A DNA stretch of 60,000 nt from Callorhinchus milii. Taxonomy: Eukaryota. The notes below the pieces were generated by a model, which worked only from the letters and a program-made list of their open reading frames with translations, did no database searches and was not told the DNA's origin. The position numbers were made by a program, and so were the translations under genes. Of the stretch, positions 36,361 to 50,108 are shown one piece after another. The stretch is taken from contig NW_024704742.1 of assembly GCF_018977255.1 (NCBI RefSeq), positions 25,546,001 through 25,606,000 on the forward strand, given 5' to 3'. The number at the start of each line of letters is the position of its first letter. Position 1 is the first letter of the stretch.

Positions 36361-37348
36361 TCCCCATTTGTGAGCAGGACAAAACAATCGATAGCTTTAA
36401 ACTGAAAGATGTAGCGCTGGAAAAATGTAAGATTTTCTTTGAAAATGAGGGTACTTATTTACAGAAAATTTATGTTAGCATCTGCAGATACAGACCTCAC
36501 TATATTAACTATTCCAACACATAGAAACCTGTATTGTGCAAAATATTTCTTCATTATAGAACTACTACTCCTCATGCGATCAAGAGTTTGTTCCAGGAAA
36601 CAAAATCATCTGTTTATCTGCAAGTTATTGATCCGCAAATCAACTAACAACTGGTCCCATTCACTACTAGGTAAACAGAAGCGTGTGGAGTAAGGAAACC
36701 TGTCTAAGGTTTCTCCCCCCACCCCACCCAGAAATTGAACCTGGTCCTCCTGATCCTGTTTTCACCCACTCCTTACTCATTCCCATACTTAAGAGATACT
36801 TCGCTGTCAGAATTCAATTATACAGCAATCTCTGCAGGATCACTGACAAAACAAAGAGGAGCAAGTAAGTGCCGGAACCCCTCGACTATATCCAAAGGAT
36901 CTGCACCAAACAATTAACTACAGGTCCTTTCTTTCATCCCATGTTCTTTGATCTGAGGTTGGATCCATTGTATTGTATGCCTGAGGGTGACCAAGACCAG
37001 ATGGCAAGGTGATAATGTTCTCAGGCCCCTTTTTTAAAAAATTTTAACCTTGGCTTTAAACAATCCATTGGACATACTGCATTATCGGGGACGTGCCTAC
37101 ATTGATACATGTTTTTGCTGTCACAAATCATCCAAATGATTTACTTACGCTTTATTCTACCAACACCCTAGCCTTGAACCCATCGAATAACACCCACCTA
37201 AGACCTTGTGTAGCAGAAGTAGAAAGTTAACAGCATCAATCAGCATCACTAATGTTTTACCACAGTGAGCGAGATTCCCCACTTTAACATTTTACTTCAC
37301 ATGAAGTAGACTGACTATGTAGCAATGTGATGGAACTAGAAACTGAGA

Positions 37349-37505
37349 ATGCTGGAAATATGAAATATAAAAGCACGTGCTGGAAACCCACAAGTCCAAT
37401 AGAAATGATTCATTAAACTACATTTCAATTCTGATGATGGATCATATCTAAAAGATGAACCTATTCTACTTTCAGGTGTTGATAGCATGCTGCATATTTC
37501 CAGCA
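37349..37505 (+). mobile_element. Degenerate Penelope-derived element
   Basis: atgctggaaatatgaaatataaaa...tgctggaaa...ttctgatgatggatcat...atgctgcatatttccagca resembles shark Penelope terminal-repeat derivatives; ends are inverted (tgctggaaatatg / catatttccagca). Confidence 0.6.
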
Positions 37506-38720
37506 GAGATGATTTTTAATGCCCCAGTGGACCATTGATCAACAAAAAGATTCTACCCGAGATCTATAACCACTGTTGAGTCTGTCACAAAATACGTTTG
37601 GTATAAGTTGTGTTCACTTATTGCATACACTCAACACTGCAATCCTTTATTTAAAGTACTCATCTGGTTGATTTAACAGGTCGTTTGTTCTCCATTGATT
37701 TACAGAACATAATGCATCACTACCAAAAAATACAAGAGCATTTAAAAGAATGGAACACATTTCCAACGTATTTTTAGCTTTTTTTAAATTTTATCTTCAA
37801 CAAAACAATGTCCTCATCCAAGAAATAGGCAACAGCAAAAATCACATCTTAGTTTTTCCCCCTGGTCTCCCTTAGTGTTCAAATCATCGACGGTCATGAG
37901 GAAATGAATTGCATTGCATTTCTGGATTAATAGATATATGGAGAGTAAAGAGAGAAAAATCACAAATTTATCATTTCAAACAAAAAATGTTAACATGAAA
38001 TTTACCTCTAATAGGGTAGAAATGTTGTACCTGTACCCTCCAAAAGCTTCACATGGATATCAGCATTGACATCACACCTTATACACCTTGATTTGCTAGA
38101 ATTAGGAATGGCTAATAAGGACTCCGAGTTGCAAATGGGAATTCTTTCTGGTAACTCGTACCTCACATTGCCCTCAGGAACTCTGTTCCAGGAGTACATT
38201 ATGACAGGATGAGATCCTACCATTCGGTTGCAATTTACATGAAAGAATCCCCATTTATAACAATGTCCTCAGTGAGGAAGTCTGTCAGAAATATTACACT
38301 CTATAACTAGGTGAACAACCTTGTAGAAGATCTAGGTTAGATCATTAGGCTATCATATATTCCTATATACCTTCTGTGAAGCACTTTGAGACGTCTTGAA
38401 GACGTGATAAGATGCTACATCAAATGCAAGGATTATTTATTATTATACCATAGATGGGAAGTGGTACTTAAGATTAATTGATTTGTGTTGATTTATTAGA
38501 GTATTATTCTCATTAAGCAATCAATCAATCAATAAATATGCCTCATTAGTGTAATTGGGATTTTAGTCACCATCAACTGAGGTAAAAAGACTGAAAGGGG
38601 CTTGAGCAGTGAGTTGCCCACATTAGAGGTGCTTAAAAGGAAGTCCCACTGTGTACTGAAATGTTGCAAGTTGAAAGTGAGCTGGACAAATTGCAAAGAA
38701 TCCATTTTGTACTGCGACCA

Positions 38721-38974
38721 TAATAATAATACTTGTATTTGATATAGCACCTCATCACCTCTTTGAGACATCTCAAAGCGCTTCACAGAATATACTGTAA
38801 AGTGAATTGACTGTATATTTTGTCGGTAAAACATGGCAGTTTTACAGCCGTATCTCAAGAACAGCAGTATCTCACGAACAGGAAACTTGGCCAGTTTCCC
38901 CTTGCCCGGGAATCGAACCCACGTCCTCTCGCTTGCGAGGCAAGTGCTCCAACCACTAAGCTACAGGACTCCAC
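38721..38974 (-). mobile_element. tRNA-SINE, internally deleted
   Basis: Head at 38880-38974 and tail at 38721-38840; the middle is replaced or absent. Confidence 0.88.
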
Positions 38975-39279
38975 TCACAGGGATCACACAGTGTAGCCTT
39001 TAATGACTGTCTCATCTAATATACTGATCCAAAAAGACACATGCATCACAAACCAAAGCATGATTTATAATGGCATGCAGAAAGCTTGGAATCCGCAATT
39101 CGGTCAAACTATGTGCCACATAGAGAAACTCATCATCAATGTTTAAGATTATCCAAACCAGACAGGGTTCCATATATATATATATATAATATAAAAAATA
39201 CACACACACCATTTAAACAGGCAAATTTCCCTGTATCTGGAAGATGCAGGTTGACAAAAGCCAAAGATTGAGAACCCCA

Positions 39280-39580
39280 GAGTTGTGCAAACTTCCAGCT
39301 GCTTGCCCATCTAAGACCATCCTACTTGTTAGGGCATTGGCTTGCAGGGTTAACAGGAGCAGAGTGGAAAGAATTCCTGCTCCCAGTTTGCCCCTTCAAG
39401 TGTTGCTGTTGAGCCAGCAACTGTCACGACCAGTGCTCCAGAGTACTATTAGTCCACCTTGTTCATGAACTATTAAGCCAGAGGGTTGACTTGATTCTGA
39501 CATTCCCTTGCCAAGCGTCACTTTGGAGCCAGTTCAGCTGCAAGGAGACCCATTTACCTCACAAGGAGAATAGTCACAAG
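39280..39580 (+). repeat. Family X copy (3' part)
   Basis: ttggcttgcagggttaac...agagggttgacttgattctgacatt...ggagccagttcagctgcaaggagaccc. Confidence 0.72.
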
Positions 39581-40967
39581 TTCTAACCAACTAAACCAAT
39601 TAAAGTGGTGATATTTCTTTGCCCATTATTCTATTTTGAAAACCAAAAATAAGTCACGTTCGTCATTTTTATACCTGGGCAGGGGATTTGCATCCTTAAA
39701 GTTAATTGAAGTGAATTAAACCATTTTGTTTTTAACCCATATAGTGACCTGCATAATGGCACCAGGAGGAGATCAAGAAGAAAGCCACAAAGATTACGTG
39801 CACACAATGCTGGTAATTGTGTGGCCTTCATCTTAAGCATTGGCTTAGTGATACAACTGCCAGGTCACAATTGGGCAAACATAGGTGAAAATCCCATCTT
39901 AAGCAGGCATCAAAGTTGCTACACTTAGCGGCAAAAGGAATTTATTACTTTTAATAAATACCTTTTTGAAAAATCTCAGTAAAGGCAACTTCATCTAATA
40001 ATATAAAAAGCACCAGAGAAGCAGAGATATTCAGCTGTGTTTACAAATCTAAATTGTAAGACTTTGCTGCTGTTTCTACATGCCTCTGGGTCTAGACAAC
40101 AGTTTAGCACTACTGACCCACAACAGCTGGTGTCGATTATGTGAATCGCAGCACTTTTTATTGAAATTCTTGTGGAGTTGCACTAACGTACAGTACATAC
40201 GTTCTTGGTTTGCTTCCCCGGGCTCCATCTGAAAGCAGTCAGAAACTGCAGAATTGTGCCTTTTAATGTGGAAAAACATTTCAGCTAGTATGTTAAGTAC
40301 AAGTGATAACCGATCTGAAAAGACAAGCATTTGCCAGTTGGGTAAAAGTTGAGGCTGGCCCAAGCTCAATGACTGAAACTGGAAAGGTTCTACAGTATAC
40401 TGAGATGTTACATGATGGAAGTGAGCCGCCCAAATTACTGGCTCTCAATATGTATCTCACACAGAATGTTTTGGGTACATCTGCCATGGCATTGCCATTT
40501 TGGATGAAGCTTAGTTACAGTATTTTGAAGCAATGCCCGAGTGAAAGGTGCTAATATAAATGCAAGTTATTGTTGTTTCTTCAACTCTAAACATGCAGGT
40601 ATTATAATAAACCTTATGTTTAATATAATTTGGGATGACATCTCAAAGAGCTTCATGTGATTTACTGTATTGACTGCAGTGATTGTGTCTTTTGTAGGTG
40701 AACGTCTACAAATATAGAATAGCCATGAAGTTTCCAGTACTAAGCTGCAGTGGACTACAAATAGGTTGGTTATTTATGTGCTAGTGAACATGAATCATCT
40801 CCAAATTTGACGATCCAAAGGCCAAAAATTCCTCAAGTTTTAAGACCACTGTCTGAAAATGTTAGGATTGCAAATATTGTAAAATTCTTAAATTCTGAAG
40901 TTGGTTTTCCAAAGCAACTTAGAAAATGAGCTTCCGAATTAAGATTCAACTGAACAATTTTCCATTC

Positions 40968-41110
40968 TTAACATAACATAACATGTAGGAGCAGGAGAAG
41001 GCCATTCGGCCCTTCGAGCCTGCCCAGCCATTCAATCATGGCTGATCTTCTAATCTAACTCCAGCTAATATCATAACCCTGCCTTATCTCCATATCCCTT
41101 AATCCCTTTT
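40968..41110 (-). mobile_element. CR1-type 3' end remnant
   Basis: (taaca)n tail plus taggagcaggagaaggccattcggcccttcgagcctgccc; near match to 48085-48255. Confidence 0.75.
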
Positions 41111-41551
41111 GCAATTCTGTACAATCTTAAATTGTAAGTCTGAAGGGTAAAACTGTAAAAAATGTCTGGCTTGAGCCCACCAGAGAGGTTTGACTCAATT
41201 CCAATATTTAATTGTCAGGTTTGTCACCTTAGAACCAATTGAGCCATGAGGTGACACACTTACCTTTCCCCCACCTCCCAAGGATAAAGTACCAGTTGAT
41301 CATTATACATCTGCCAAGCTCCTCTTTGAGCCCTTGCTAGATGGATAGCAGGTACCATGAACTCCTCACGAGCAGAACAACTCTAACAAATGTTAGATTT
41401 AGAAAGATTTAGACTTAGAAACATTATAAGAGTACAGACTTGAAGAACGATTTTGTTTGGCAAAAATTAACATTACTGAGCTGAATTTGATCTGTGAAGA
41501 GTTGAACATATCACTTATTAATCGTTTAATGATGAGATCCTCTTACAGTAC

Positions 41552-41619
41552 CTGCTAGCATTGATGTAATCTTTCCTGTGCTCCAGAAGGAAATCCTTTA
41601 ATTTGCTGATGTTAGCGAC
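41552..41619 (-). CDS. STX18: Syntaxin-18 exon 2 (68 nt): VANISKLKDFLLEHRKDYINAS(S)
   Basis: Acceptor ttttag|GTC, donor CAG|gtactg; DFLLEHRKDYINA motif. Confidence 0.97.
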
Positions 41620-41699
41620 CTAAAATATAAAAGAAAACATAAAATATTACATAAGATATAAATTACCCAACAAAAGTATTAACCCTTTGAAAACTAAAG

Positions 41700-41843
41700 C
41701 AGTGTGGGACACTGCTGCATGCAATTGGCTGCCGCACTTTGCCCACAAAATATAGTGAATTCACTTTTCAGTATATTCTGTGAAGCACTTTGAGACGTCT
41801 CGAAGATGTGATAAGGCGCTATATCAAATGCAGGATTATTATT
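41700..41843 (+). mobile_element. 5'-truncated tRNA-SINE
   Basis: 3' half of the family with tail, about 80 nt from the exon 2 acceptor. Confidence 0.85.
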
Positions 41844-44018
41844 AGTAGAAGTGTAGTTAAGTTTAGAAACAAACTTTAGAAATTTGTTTTGGTTGACTTC
41901 ATTCTGATATTCTGTTGCCAAGCATTTCACCTTAGAGCTGGCTCAGCTCCAAGGAGATGCCAATTACCTCCCCCTCCCTCCACCCGCACAAGGACAGTGT
42001 GATACTATACCACAGGATCAGGTTTTACCGACCACACATTACAAAAGACAGTGTAATAAGGCAGAAACACTGTTCTAACATAAGTGGCGATTCAGACTGA
42101 CTGTGCTGGTGTGAGATGGAAGTGCATGGGGAGTTACAGCCAACATAGTTTGCTTACTTATACATGAATAGCCTGCAGGTCTAAGTGTTAGTAAAAGAAA
42201 GTTGTGCGGTTTCATTGAGAGTTAAATTTCACATCTCTTAAATCTTATCCTTACGTCTGCCATAGTATTCATGGAAGGGTTCAAAAATGCACACTTCCAA
42301 CTATTTTAGACAAAGATTTGCAAGGTACAACTAGGTCCCCCAATATAGATTTCATATAAACTTTCATCTGGATTAACTATAGAAATACAACATCTTGGCT
42401 TTTGTGAACAACTGTCAGTGGGAACAACTGATAAATATTCTTCAGTTGAAAAAATGACTTTTCATACCAAGACAATATGAGAACACATTTTGTGGAAGGC
42501 AGAAGAGAGCAAGCCCTGTTTATTCTATTGTGTACACTGGTTATAGATTGTCATAAAGTAATGCTCCAACTTATGTCCCGTGAACTATCTGAGGTTCAGT
42601 TAGATGGGCCTGAATATCATCTTAAACTATGCCAAAATAAAAGATAGATTTTGCCAAGTAGATCAAGTAGAAATGAAGCAGCATTATTTCTGTATATCGT
42701 TCATATTAAACGAAAGAGGCAAGGTAATATTTTCAGAGAGTGCATCAAATAGTAACCATTTGTTCCGCATTGTGAACTACAAATGCAATGATTTAAAAAA
42801 AAGTAACTCTTCCAATTTCAGTAGATTGAGAATCTGTGCCAAGATTTGTTTCCCACGAGTTGAGGCATTTAAATACAGCAGTCAGAAAATAGCCCTGGAA
42901 TAAATCAGACTCTGATCCATTGAGCGAGATTACCAATCCAGTTGATTTAAGATTTAATCCTGAATCGCAATATTTCAGAAAGTAATACAGTATGGGCTGA
43001 ACTGACTGATTCAGAGGCAGGAATAAGGCTTTGTGCCAGCCTAAATCTCTGCATCATATCTGGAAGCATAAAATGTTTAAGCATCTCATTTTATTTACGC
43101 TGACTCTCACCAATTGAATCACACAAGATTTACAGCATTCATTTGTCTTTCCCATTTGTTGTTGCCGCATTTCGCCCACAAAACACACAATCCCTACACT
43201 TTACATTATATTCTGTGAAGTGCTTTGAGACTTCTCGAAGATGTGATGAGGCACTTTACAAATGTAATTTTGCAAGGATTATTATTATTATTAGTTATTA
43301 TAAATAGAACTTTGTTTCTCCTAAATGGAGGAGGATTTTAGGCAATTATGTCTGGGTAGGAATGGGAACTTTTAAAACGTTTCCTTGGTGCAACTACAAT
43401 TAATTGTTTAAAACACTGACAAGCTTTAATTGTATCCAGCAAACTAACAGAAATTCAACTACAATCAAACCTGCTTTCTGCAACCATTCAGGGGACTAAA
43501 ACAAAGTGGCCTTTAAATAAGGGTGCCCTCTGAATAAGGGTTCATTGGTTTGTTAACCGTGCCTGAATTTTTTTTTAAATTCCGCAGGCCAGAAATTTCT
43601 GCAGGTTTGCGTGTAGACTCCCGCTAGACTCCTAATACATTTACCAGCAGTGAGGCAGGAAGCTGTGGGCATAACATGGGCTGCTCAGGTGTGATGTTGG
43701 TAAATGCACTAGGAGCCCACATGCTGGCCCGCAGAAATTGGTCATGTAAGTACACTTCAATTCACTTAGAACCGTCCACTGAAAAGGGAGTCAGTACTCG
43801 CGGACAGGGCTCCAAAAGAATGGCCAATGGTTGCATTAGACCGGTGGTTGCTGGAGAGATGATTTATTATGAAAAATTGGTCAGGAGTGTTCCAGGGAGA
43901 CTGTTGACCGCAGGTGGTTGATTTAACAGGTTTGACTCTTGTTTCCATTTACATCATTCATTCCCAATGGTATTTCAGCTTATTCTGTTAGCTTGAATTA
44001 CCTTAATTTCTACATTAT

Positions 44019-44545
44019 AACAACAACCACAAAATTAGACTTGTATAGCATCTTTCACGTCGGGAGGATGTCCCAAAGCGCTGGACAGACAGAATTATGG
44101 ACTCGAGTTGGGGTCAGGGCGGGGGAGGGTGGAGGGCAGGGGGGGAAGCAGGGAGATCGAAAGCACAGTTGAAGAGGGGGATCTTGAGGTGGATCCTGAA
44201 GGTGGCGAGGGAGGGGGCGAGACGGAGGGACTGCAGGATGGAGTTCTAGGGGGTGGGTGCAGAGGGGCGGAAGGCCCACTCGCCAATAGTGGGGCGAGCA
44301 AGGCAGGGGACGTGAAGTAAGCCGGAGCCCGCTGAGCGGAGGGAGTGAACAGGGTGGTAGGGGGTTAGGAGGTCGGAGAGGTAGTGGGGAGCAAGACCGT
44401 GGAGGGCTTTGAAGGTGAGGACCAGGATCTTGAACTGTATCCTCTGTGTGATGGGAAGCCAGTGGAGTTGGGCAAGGATGGGGGTAATAGGGTTGTGGAG
44501 CCTAGTGCGGGAGAGGACACAGGCTGCAGAGTTCTGGATGATTAA
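44019..44545 (-). mobile_element. L2 LINE 3' fragment, relatively intact
   Basis: ORF 44246-44572 reads IQNSAACVLSRTRLHNPITPILAQLHWLPITQRIQFKILVLTFKALHGLAPHYLSDLL, the L2 ORF2 C-terminus; tail at 44019-44085. Confidence 0.93.
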
Positions 44546-44841
44546 TAAATGAAGTGTGTTCTTCAGCAGCATTCAGCCCTGTCAAATGCAACAAAGCAGC
44601 TGTGCTTCTATGATGGATGAATCAGGTTAGTTTGCAAATGCAAGGAAGTGTAAAACTGTGATTCCCATTCAAGCTTTTACTGACAAATACTGAATGATTT
44701 TTTAAAAAACATTATTAATATATTTATGATCTATCCTGCAATTACGTGGTATTTCCTTCAAAGATAAGGAAAAGGTATGGCCAAAAATAATTATTATAAT
44801 AGTGTAATAATTATTATAAATAATATTTATTATTGTTATAA

Positions 44842-45022
44842 GGGGGTAATAATCTCTTCAATTTTTTTAAAATAATAATAATTTGGTTACTCAATCCATG
44901 ACTGTTTGTAGGACACTGCTGTGCGCAATTGGCTGCCGCGTTTCGCGCACAAAATACAGTATATCCTGTGAAGCGCTTTGAGACGTTTCGAAGACGTGAT
45001 AAGGCGCTATATCAAATGCAAG
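44842..45022 (+). mobile_element. 5'-truncated tRNA-SINE
   Basis: 3' half of the family with its stem-loop tail. Confidence 0.85.
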
Positions 45023-45399
45023 AAGTCTTCTTATTAAAATAAACAATTTTTCTCGTTTCAGGTAGTAAAAAGATAGAGGCCTTATTTTTGCAAATTCATA
45101 GTTCACAACCACATAATTCCGAGTTCTAGCTATTTGTATGTCTGAGCCCTGCTCAGTGTCACTGAACACCAGATGGCGATCCAAGAGTTAATAATGATGA
45201 GAAAGAATAGAAAGAAAAGTTAAGAGTTAAGAACAAACAAAAAGCACAACCACTGAATGCACTGAAGGAATGATGGCATTTTCAAATTGGTTTAAGGTTG
45301 AAACTCTGCTGATGATCTTTCATATTACAGTCATCAAAATTAAGCACAATAAAAGCTTTAAAACGTTCATGTGGACCCCATGAAAAAAAGAAAGAAGAA

Positions 45400-45782
45400 C
45401 CTGTATTTTTATAGCATCTTATCAAGTCGAAACATCTCAAAGTGCTTAAAGCAATTATCATCAAGTGCAGTGACTGTTGTTTTATACATGCCCAGCAGCC
45501 ATTATGCGTACACAACAAACAGTGTGAGGTGAATAACCAATTGATTTATATAGTGGGCCAACACTGCAAGAGAAACTTTGTTCAATTTTTGAACAACTTC
45601 ATGAAATCTTTAACATCCACCTGAAGAATAGGCAGATGGGGCCTCGGTTTAGCTTCTTTGGCTGCACAGCACTTCTCCAGTTCTGTACTTGTTGAACTCA
45701 AGTCCCAACATGGGGCTTGAACCCACAATCTTTCGACGCACCAGCAAGCCTTCTATCATCTAACCACCTAAGCCAAGTTGGC
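45400..45782 (-). mobile_element. DeuSINE-like SINE
   Basis: Tail near 45400-45450, body tctttaacatccacctgaag..ggcagatggggcctcggttta, head ggggcttgaacccacaatc. Confidence 0.72.
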
Positions 45783-46280
45783 ACAAATCGTAGAAGAGGG
45801 CAAAGGGCTCCTCATTAGCTTTAGACCACAATAGAATATGTGGTGGAACCTGGCTTGCTTCTGCAGAAGGAGATGGCAATCAATTGCTTAAAAGGACTGA
45901 TGAGGCTTGAAATTGCATCTTATGTAAGCTCAGTAAACCAAGAGAAACTCAAGCAGCTCCCACTTAAATCATGGCTAAACCTCTATGCTGAGCTATACAA
46001 GCTTGGAGCAGTGGGTTTGTGTTGCCCTGACTGATCTTGAATCTAACTTCACACACTGCTTTACTAACATCTCAATAATACTGAAGATCATAAAGCTGTG
46101 TATTTTTGGAAGCATAATTAATTCCACTAACAAAATACAGTGACAGAACAAGACCAGAGCTAGCTTAAAACACTAATTTACACAAGAGTGTACTGCAAGT
46201 GAATAAGTACAATCCTTTGCATATCAAGGCAGTAAACTGAAAGAGTCAGACTCAAAAAAATCTTTGCATTTGATGTAGGC

Positions 46281-46767
46281 CTCTCCCGCACCAAACTCCG
46301 TGACCCCATCTCCCCCATTCTCGCCCGACTTTGTTGGCTCCCTATCCTTCAGAGGATCCAGTTCAAGATCCTGGTCCTCACCTACAAAGCCCGCCACCCT
46401 ACCTCTGCGACCTCCTAACTCCCTATCAACCCACCCAATCCCTGCGCTCAGCCGACTCCGGTCTGCTCCACATCCCCTGACCCACCCGCCCCACCATTGG
46501 CGGGAGAGCCTTCAGCCACTCTGCCCCCAACCTCTGGAATTCCATCACCCAATCACTCCGCCTCGCGCCCTCCTTAGCCTCCTTCAAGTCCCGCCTCAAA
46601 ACCGTCCTCTTCGACCATGCCATCGGCCACCCCCCTTCCCCTCCCCTCCCTTCTCCCTCCCTGACCCCAGCTCGGGTCTGAAATTCTGTACACTGTCCAG
46701 CGCCTTGGGGCGTCCTCTCGACGTGAAAGGCGCTATACAAATGTAATCTTGCTATTGTTGTTGTTGT
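46281..46767 (+). mobile_element. L2 LINE 3' fragment
   Basis: Reverse complement of the 44.0-44.5 kb copy; tail cagcgccttggggcgtcctctcgacgtgaaaggcgctatacaaatg. Confidence 0.92.
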
Positions 46768-48084
46768 CGAAGGCCTGTAACAGGCCTGTTCTTTGAAAAT
46801 GTCTCAAAGAACTTCACAAGTAATTTCTTTGGGTCTGTGTTTTCAATTCTCCATCTCACTGACGTTATATCAGAGGAGGTGAGCGTACTCATTAAAATTT
46901 GTAAGCAATCCAGTACTGCTGATGCATGGAAAAAGGAAGCTCCAATGCACTATGGAATGGGACATCATTCAGTAGTGGAAAGGGAAACAAGATGCTCAAA
47001 ATTGTGGATTTGAGATACAACCGTTACCATAAACCTGATACACCCGTCTTCCAGAGGAATATAAAGGCATCCCAACTTTCATGCATTCTGAATATATATC
47101 AAGATCCAGCCAATAGACCAAGGATCTTTGATAGAAATCACTAACAATGCAGCCCAATGCTCAATACCAAGCAGCAAGCACTAGGACAGCAGTGGCCAAC
47201 TCATGACCCTTCCGAATAGGAGGAAGCGAGAAGAGAAAATTGACAAAAAGACAAAATCACCTTGACATCATTGAGCATTCTAAACATTCAATGCAAGTAT
47301 TCATGAAGAACAAGGTTTATGCAGAGGAAAACTGAAAGAGTAAATATACATGATCAAGACAAGCTTCAGAGGTTTTATAGTGATTTTGCCAAGTACATAT
47401 AAACTGCAGACAGTATAAAGATCTGTACTGTACAAAGCATCTTAAATCAGAATTAACAGCAAATGCTTTAAGTAAACATGTAGTAATGAAGATGTGTTTT
47501 CATAAATCATTCTCCTGTGCTGGTCAAATCTGAATTCCTCAGAGATTGAAACTAACCAAGAACAGGCAGTAAGCAGGGCTTTCAATCATTGAAATAAGGG
47601 ATTTCGTGTAACAACAATCATTTAATTAAAATACTGTACAAAATCAGACTGCTCAATTTATCTTGGCTAAATGCAGAAGTTTTATTTTAAACAAATCTAT
47701 AACATATCCGTCAGCTGCGGTCAAGTTTTTGAACCGGGTAAGTGGGCTATGAACGTTTTTTTTTAAAAAACAAGCTGTGGGTAGGTTATACATAAGGCTT
47801 TAAAGTTAGACTCATTGGTGTTATACTGTGGAAGCAATTCATTCTGGAGATGTATTTTCTCGCACACAGGCAAAGTGAGATCATCTAATAACGAACAATT
47901 GTCATCAATTCCATATACATGCTTTGAAAGGGATGATCTCAATTTATTTCTTCCCTAACCCTAAATGGTGAAAACATTCTATTCTCAATATGTTCTTCAT
48001 CAAAGGAACAATAGCAATTCATTTAGTTTACTCTTCAACTCCCTAGCAATCTTGATGTCCAACTTCCCCCCGATACTGACATTT

Positions 48085-48255
48085 AGAACATAAACATAAG
48101 AATTAGGAGCAGGAGTAGGCCATTCGGCCCCTCAAGCCTGCCCCGCCATTCGATAAGATCATGGCTGATCTTCAGACCTAACTCTAATTACCTGCCCTAT
48201 CCCCATATCCCCTAATCCCTCTGTTTTTAAAAAATCTATCAGTCTCAACCTTGAA
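48085..48255 (-). mobile_element. CR1-type 3' end remnant
   Basis: aacataagaattaggagcaggagtaggccattcggcccctcaagcctgccccgccattcgataagatcatggctgatct. Confidence 0.8.
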
Positions 48256-48594
48256 GATTTGCATGATATGGTTCCATAAGTGCCATATCTTCAGGTGGCA
48301 ATTATTTTTATACAAGATTCAAACATACAGATCCCACGGCACTATTCAAAAAGAGAAGGGAATTTCTTCCGGTGTCCTGGCCAATAGTCCTCCAAATAAA
48401 AATTGGTTGTTATGGGACACTGCTGTGCACAAATTGGCTGCTGTGTGCACCTACAAATACACAAATCACTACATTACACAGTACAAAACCTGGAAAGCAT
48501 TTTGAGACATCTCAATAAGGCGCTTTATCAAATGCAAGGATTATTATGGATTATTACTAAGGAGTAGAAGACGCTGCAATCTTGGGGAGTACAT

Positions 48595-48725
48595 AGAATC
48601 ACAGCTGAGCTGGATACTGTCCTGGTCTGACAGCAAACATGTAGTTTCCAGCAGAATTCAGTCGATAGTTATCAGGAGCAGGAACCCGAGCTCATTCCCT
48701 AACTAATGAGCATTGATGCTAATTA
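48595..48725 (-). mobile_element. AmnSINE2-like fragment
   Basis: atcacagctgagctggatactgtcct...tttccagcag...atcaggagcaggaaccc is the reverse complement of the 7485-7600 motif set. Confidence 0.6.
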
Positions 48726-48734
48726 TCCTCTTTG

Positions 48735-49645
48735 GGTGGGGTCTCCTTGGAGCTGAGCAGACTTCAAGTCTGCAATGAAATATGGGAAATGAGATGATGC
48801 TTTATGATCTCGCTAGTTCAGATCCTGAGCTAGGCGGGTCTGTGATACGCCACGATATTGCTGATGATAGCCTGGTTCATTGGCAGGATTTGGAAAGGCA
48901 TACACTTCCCACTCAGCTCCTGTTACCCCTGCAAGCCAAAGCCCTAACGGGTTGGGTGGTCCTAGCTGGACAAGCAGTAGGAAAGCTTGCCAAACAGTTC
49001 TCACAGTAACAAGCTGTGATTTTAGTTCGTTAAACTCCAGCAATACCAGTATGTGGTCTGGGGCTCCAAGCCTTGGCTCTTGCCAATCTGCAACCTGTGC
49101 CTAATGCTTTCCCATAAGCAGGCAAGCAGGGTACATCATCCCAATGAGAGTGTTTGCAATCCATTCCAGGCAAAACAAAAATTTCCACACATGGTATTGC
49201 TCCCCCCTACCTCTGAGAATTCCTACAACCTTACTATCCTGCTCGCTTCCTCCGCTCAGCGGGCTCCGGCCTGCTTCATATCCCCCACCTCGCTCGCCCC
49301 TCTGTTGGCAGACGGGCCTTCTGCCACTCTGCACCCACCCTCTGGAACTCCATCTCACAGTCCCTCCGTCTCAGCCCCTCCCTTGCCCCCTTCAGGACCC
49401 ATCTCAAGACTTTCCTCTTCGACCGCGCTTTCGATCACCCTGCTTCTCCCCCTGCCCTCCACCCTCCCTGACCCCGACCCCCAGCTCGGTTCCGAAACTC
49501 TGTCTGTCCAACACCTTGGGATGTTCTCCCTATATGAAAGGCGATATACAAATGTAATTTTGTTGTTGTTGCATACATGAAACTCCAATTTTGGATACTT
49601 AAGAATGGTAATGGGTTTTCACACGAGTCAAATAACCGGCTGATC
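48735..49645 (-). repeat. Family X copy split by an L2 insertion
   Basis: 48735-49190 and 49590-49645 match 34740-35255 on either side of the L2 fragment. Confidence 0.72.
49200..49571 (+). mobile_element. L2 LINE 3' fragment
   Basis: Aligns with 46400-46767 and ends tacaaatgtaattttgttgttgttg. Confidence 0.9.
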
Positions 49646-50108
49646 AAAGATAAGTTAGTTGTGGCACCTCTATTACAGTCTCTCTCTTCAGCTACCTCAG
49701 GATTCATACCCTCACCTTCGCTGGATGGGACAGTGCTACACCATACCACTGCCTTTTACCCACAGAGCAACTTTACACAATATCTCCATAAACTGTTCAA
49801 TTTCATGTAGACTTCTCTACAGACCACTACAGTACTCATGAATAATCCCTTCAGTAAAAAAAACATTTTGATCAGTTTTCTTAAAGAGCAATTCTTGTTG
49901 AAGATGAACACATACTGCTATATATACTGGTATGCTCAATATACACAATTTGCATTGTAGGTTGTAAAGGTCTGAATCTTATATGCTTTTATAATTACAA
50001 CATTAAGCTAACTGGCTGGGGTATTTTTTGGCAGGGAGCAAGGACAGACCTGATAACACAATCATAGCCTTGCAGGAGGTTTGCATTCCATCGAATTCTA
50101 CTACTCCA

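Larger units (their letters stand above)
966..41619 (-). other. STX18: STX18 gene, partial: internal exons 2-7 with intervening introns
   Basis: Six GT-AG exons of 68, 116, 78, 67, 116 and 89 nt with compatible phases splice to [178 protein letters not shown], recognised as syntaxin-18. Exon numbering follows the human gene. Confidence 0.96.

Noticed and set aside
38008..38290. Possible LINE endonuclease remnant (IVINGDSF)
   Set aside because: Only one weak motif; not enough to call.
49053..49580. 175-aa and overlapping ORFs; likewise 46300-46746 and 44055-44572
   Set aside because: They lie within GC-skewed L2 3' fragments, which are poor in stop codons; they are not independent genes.
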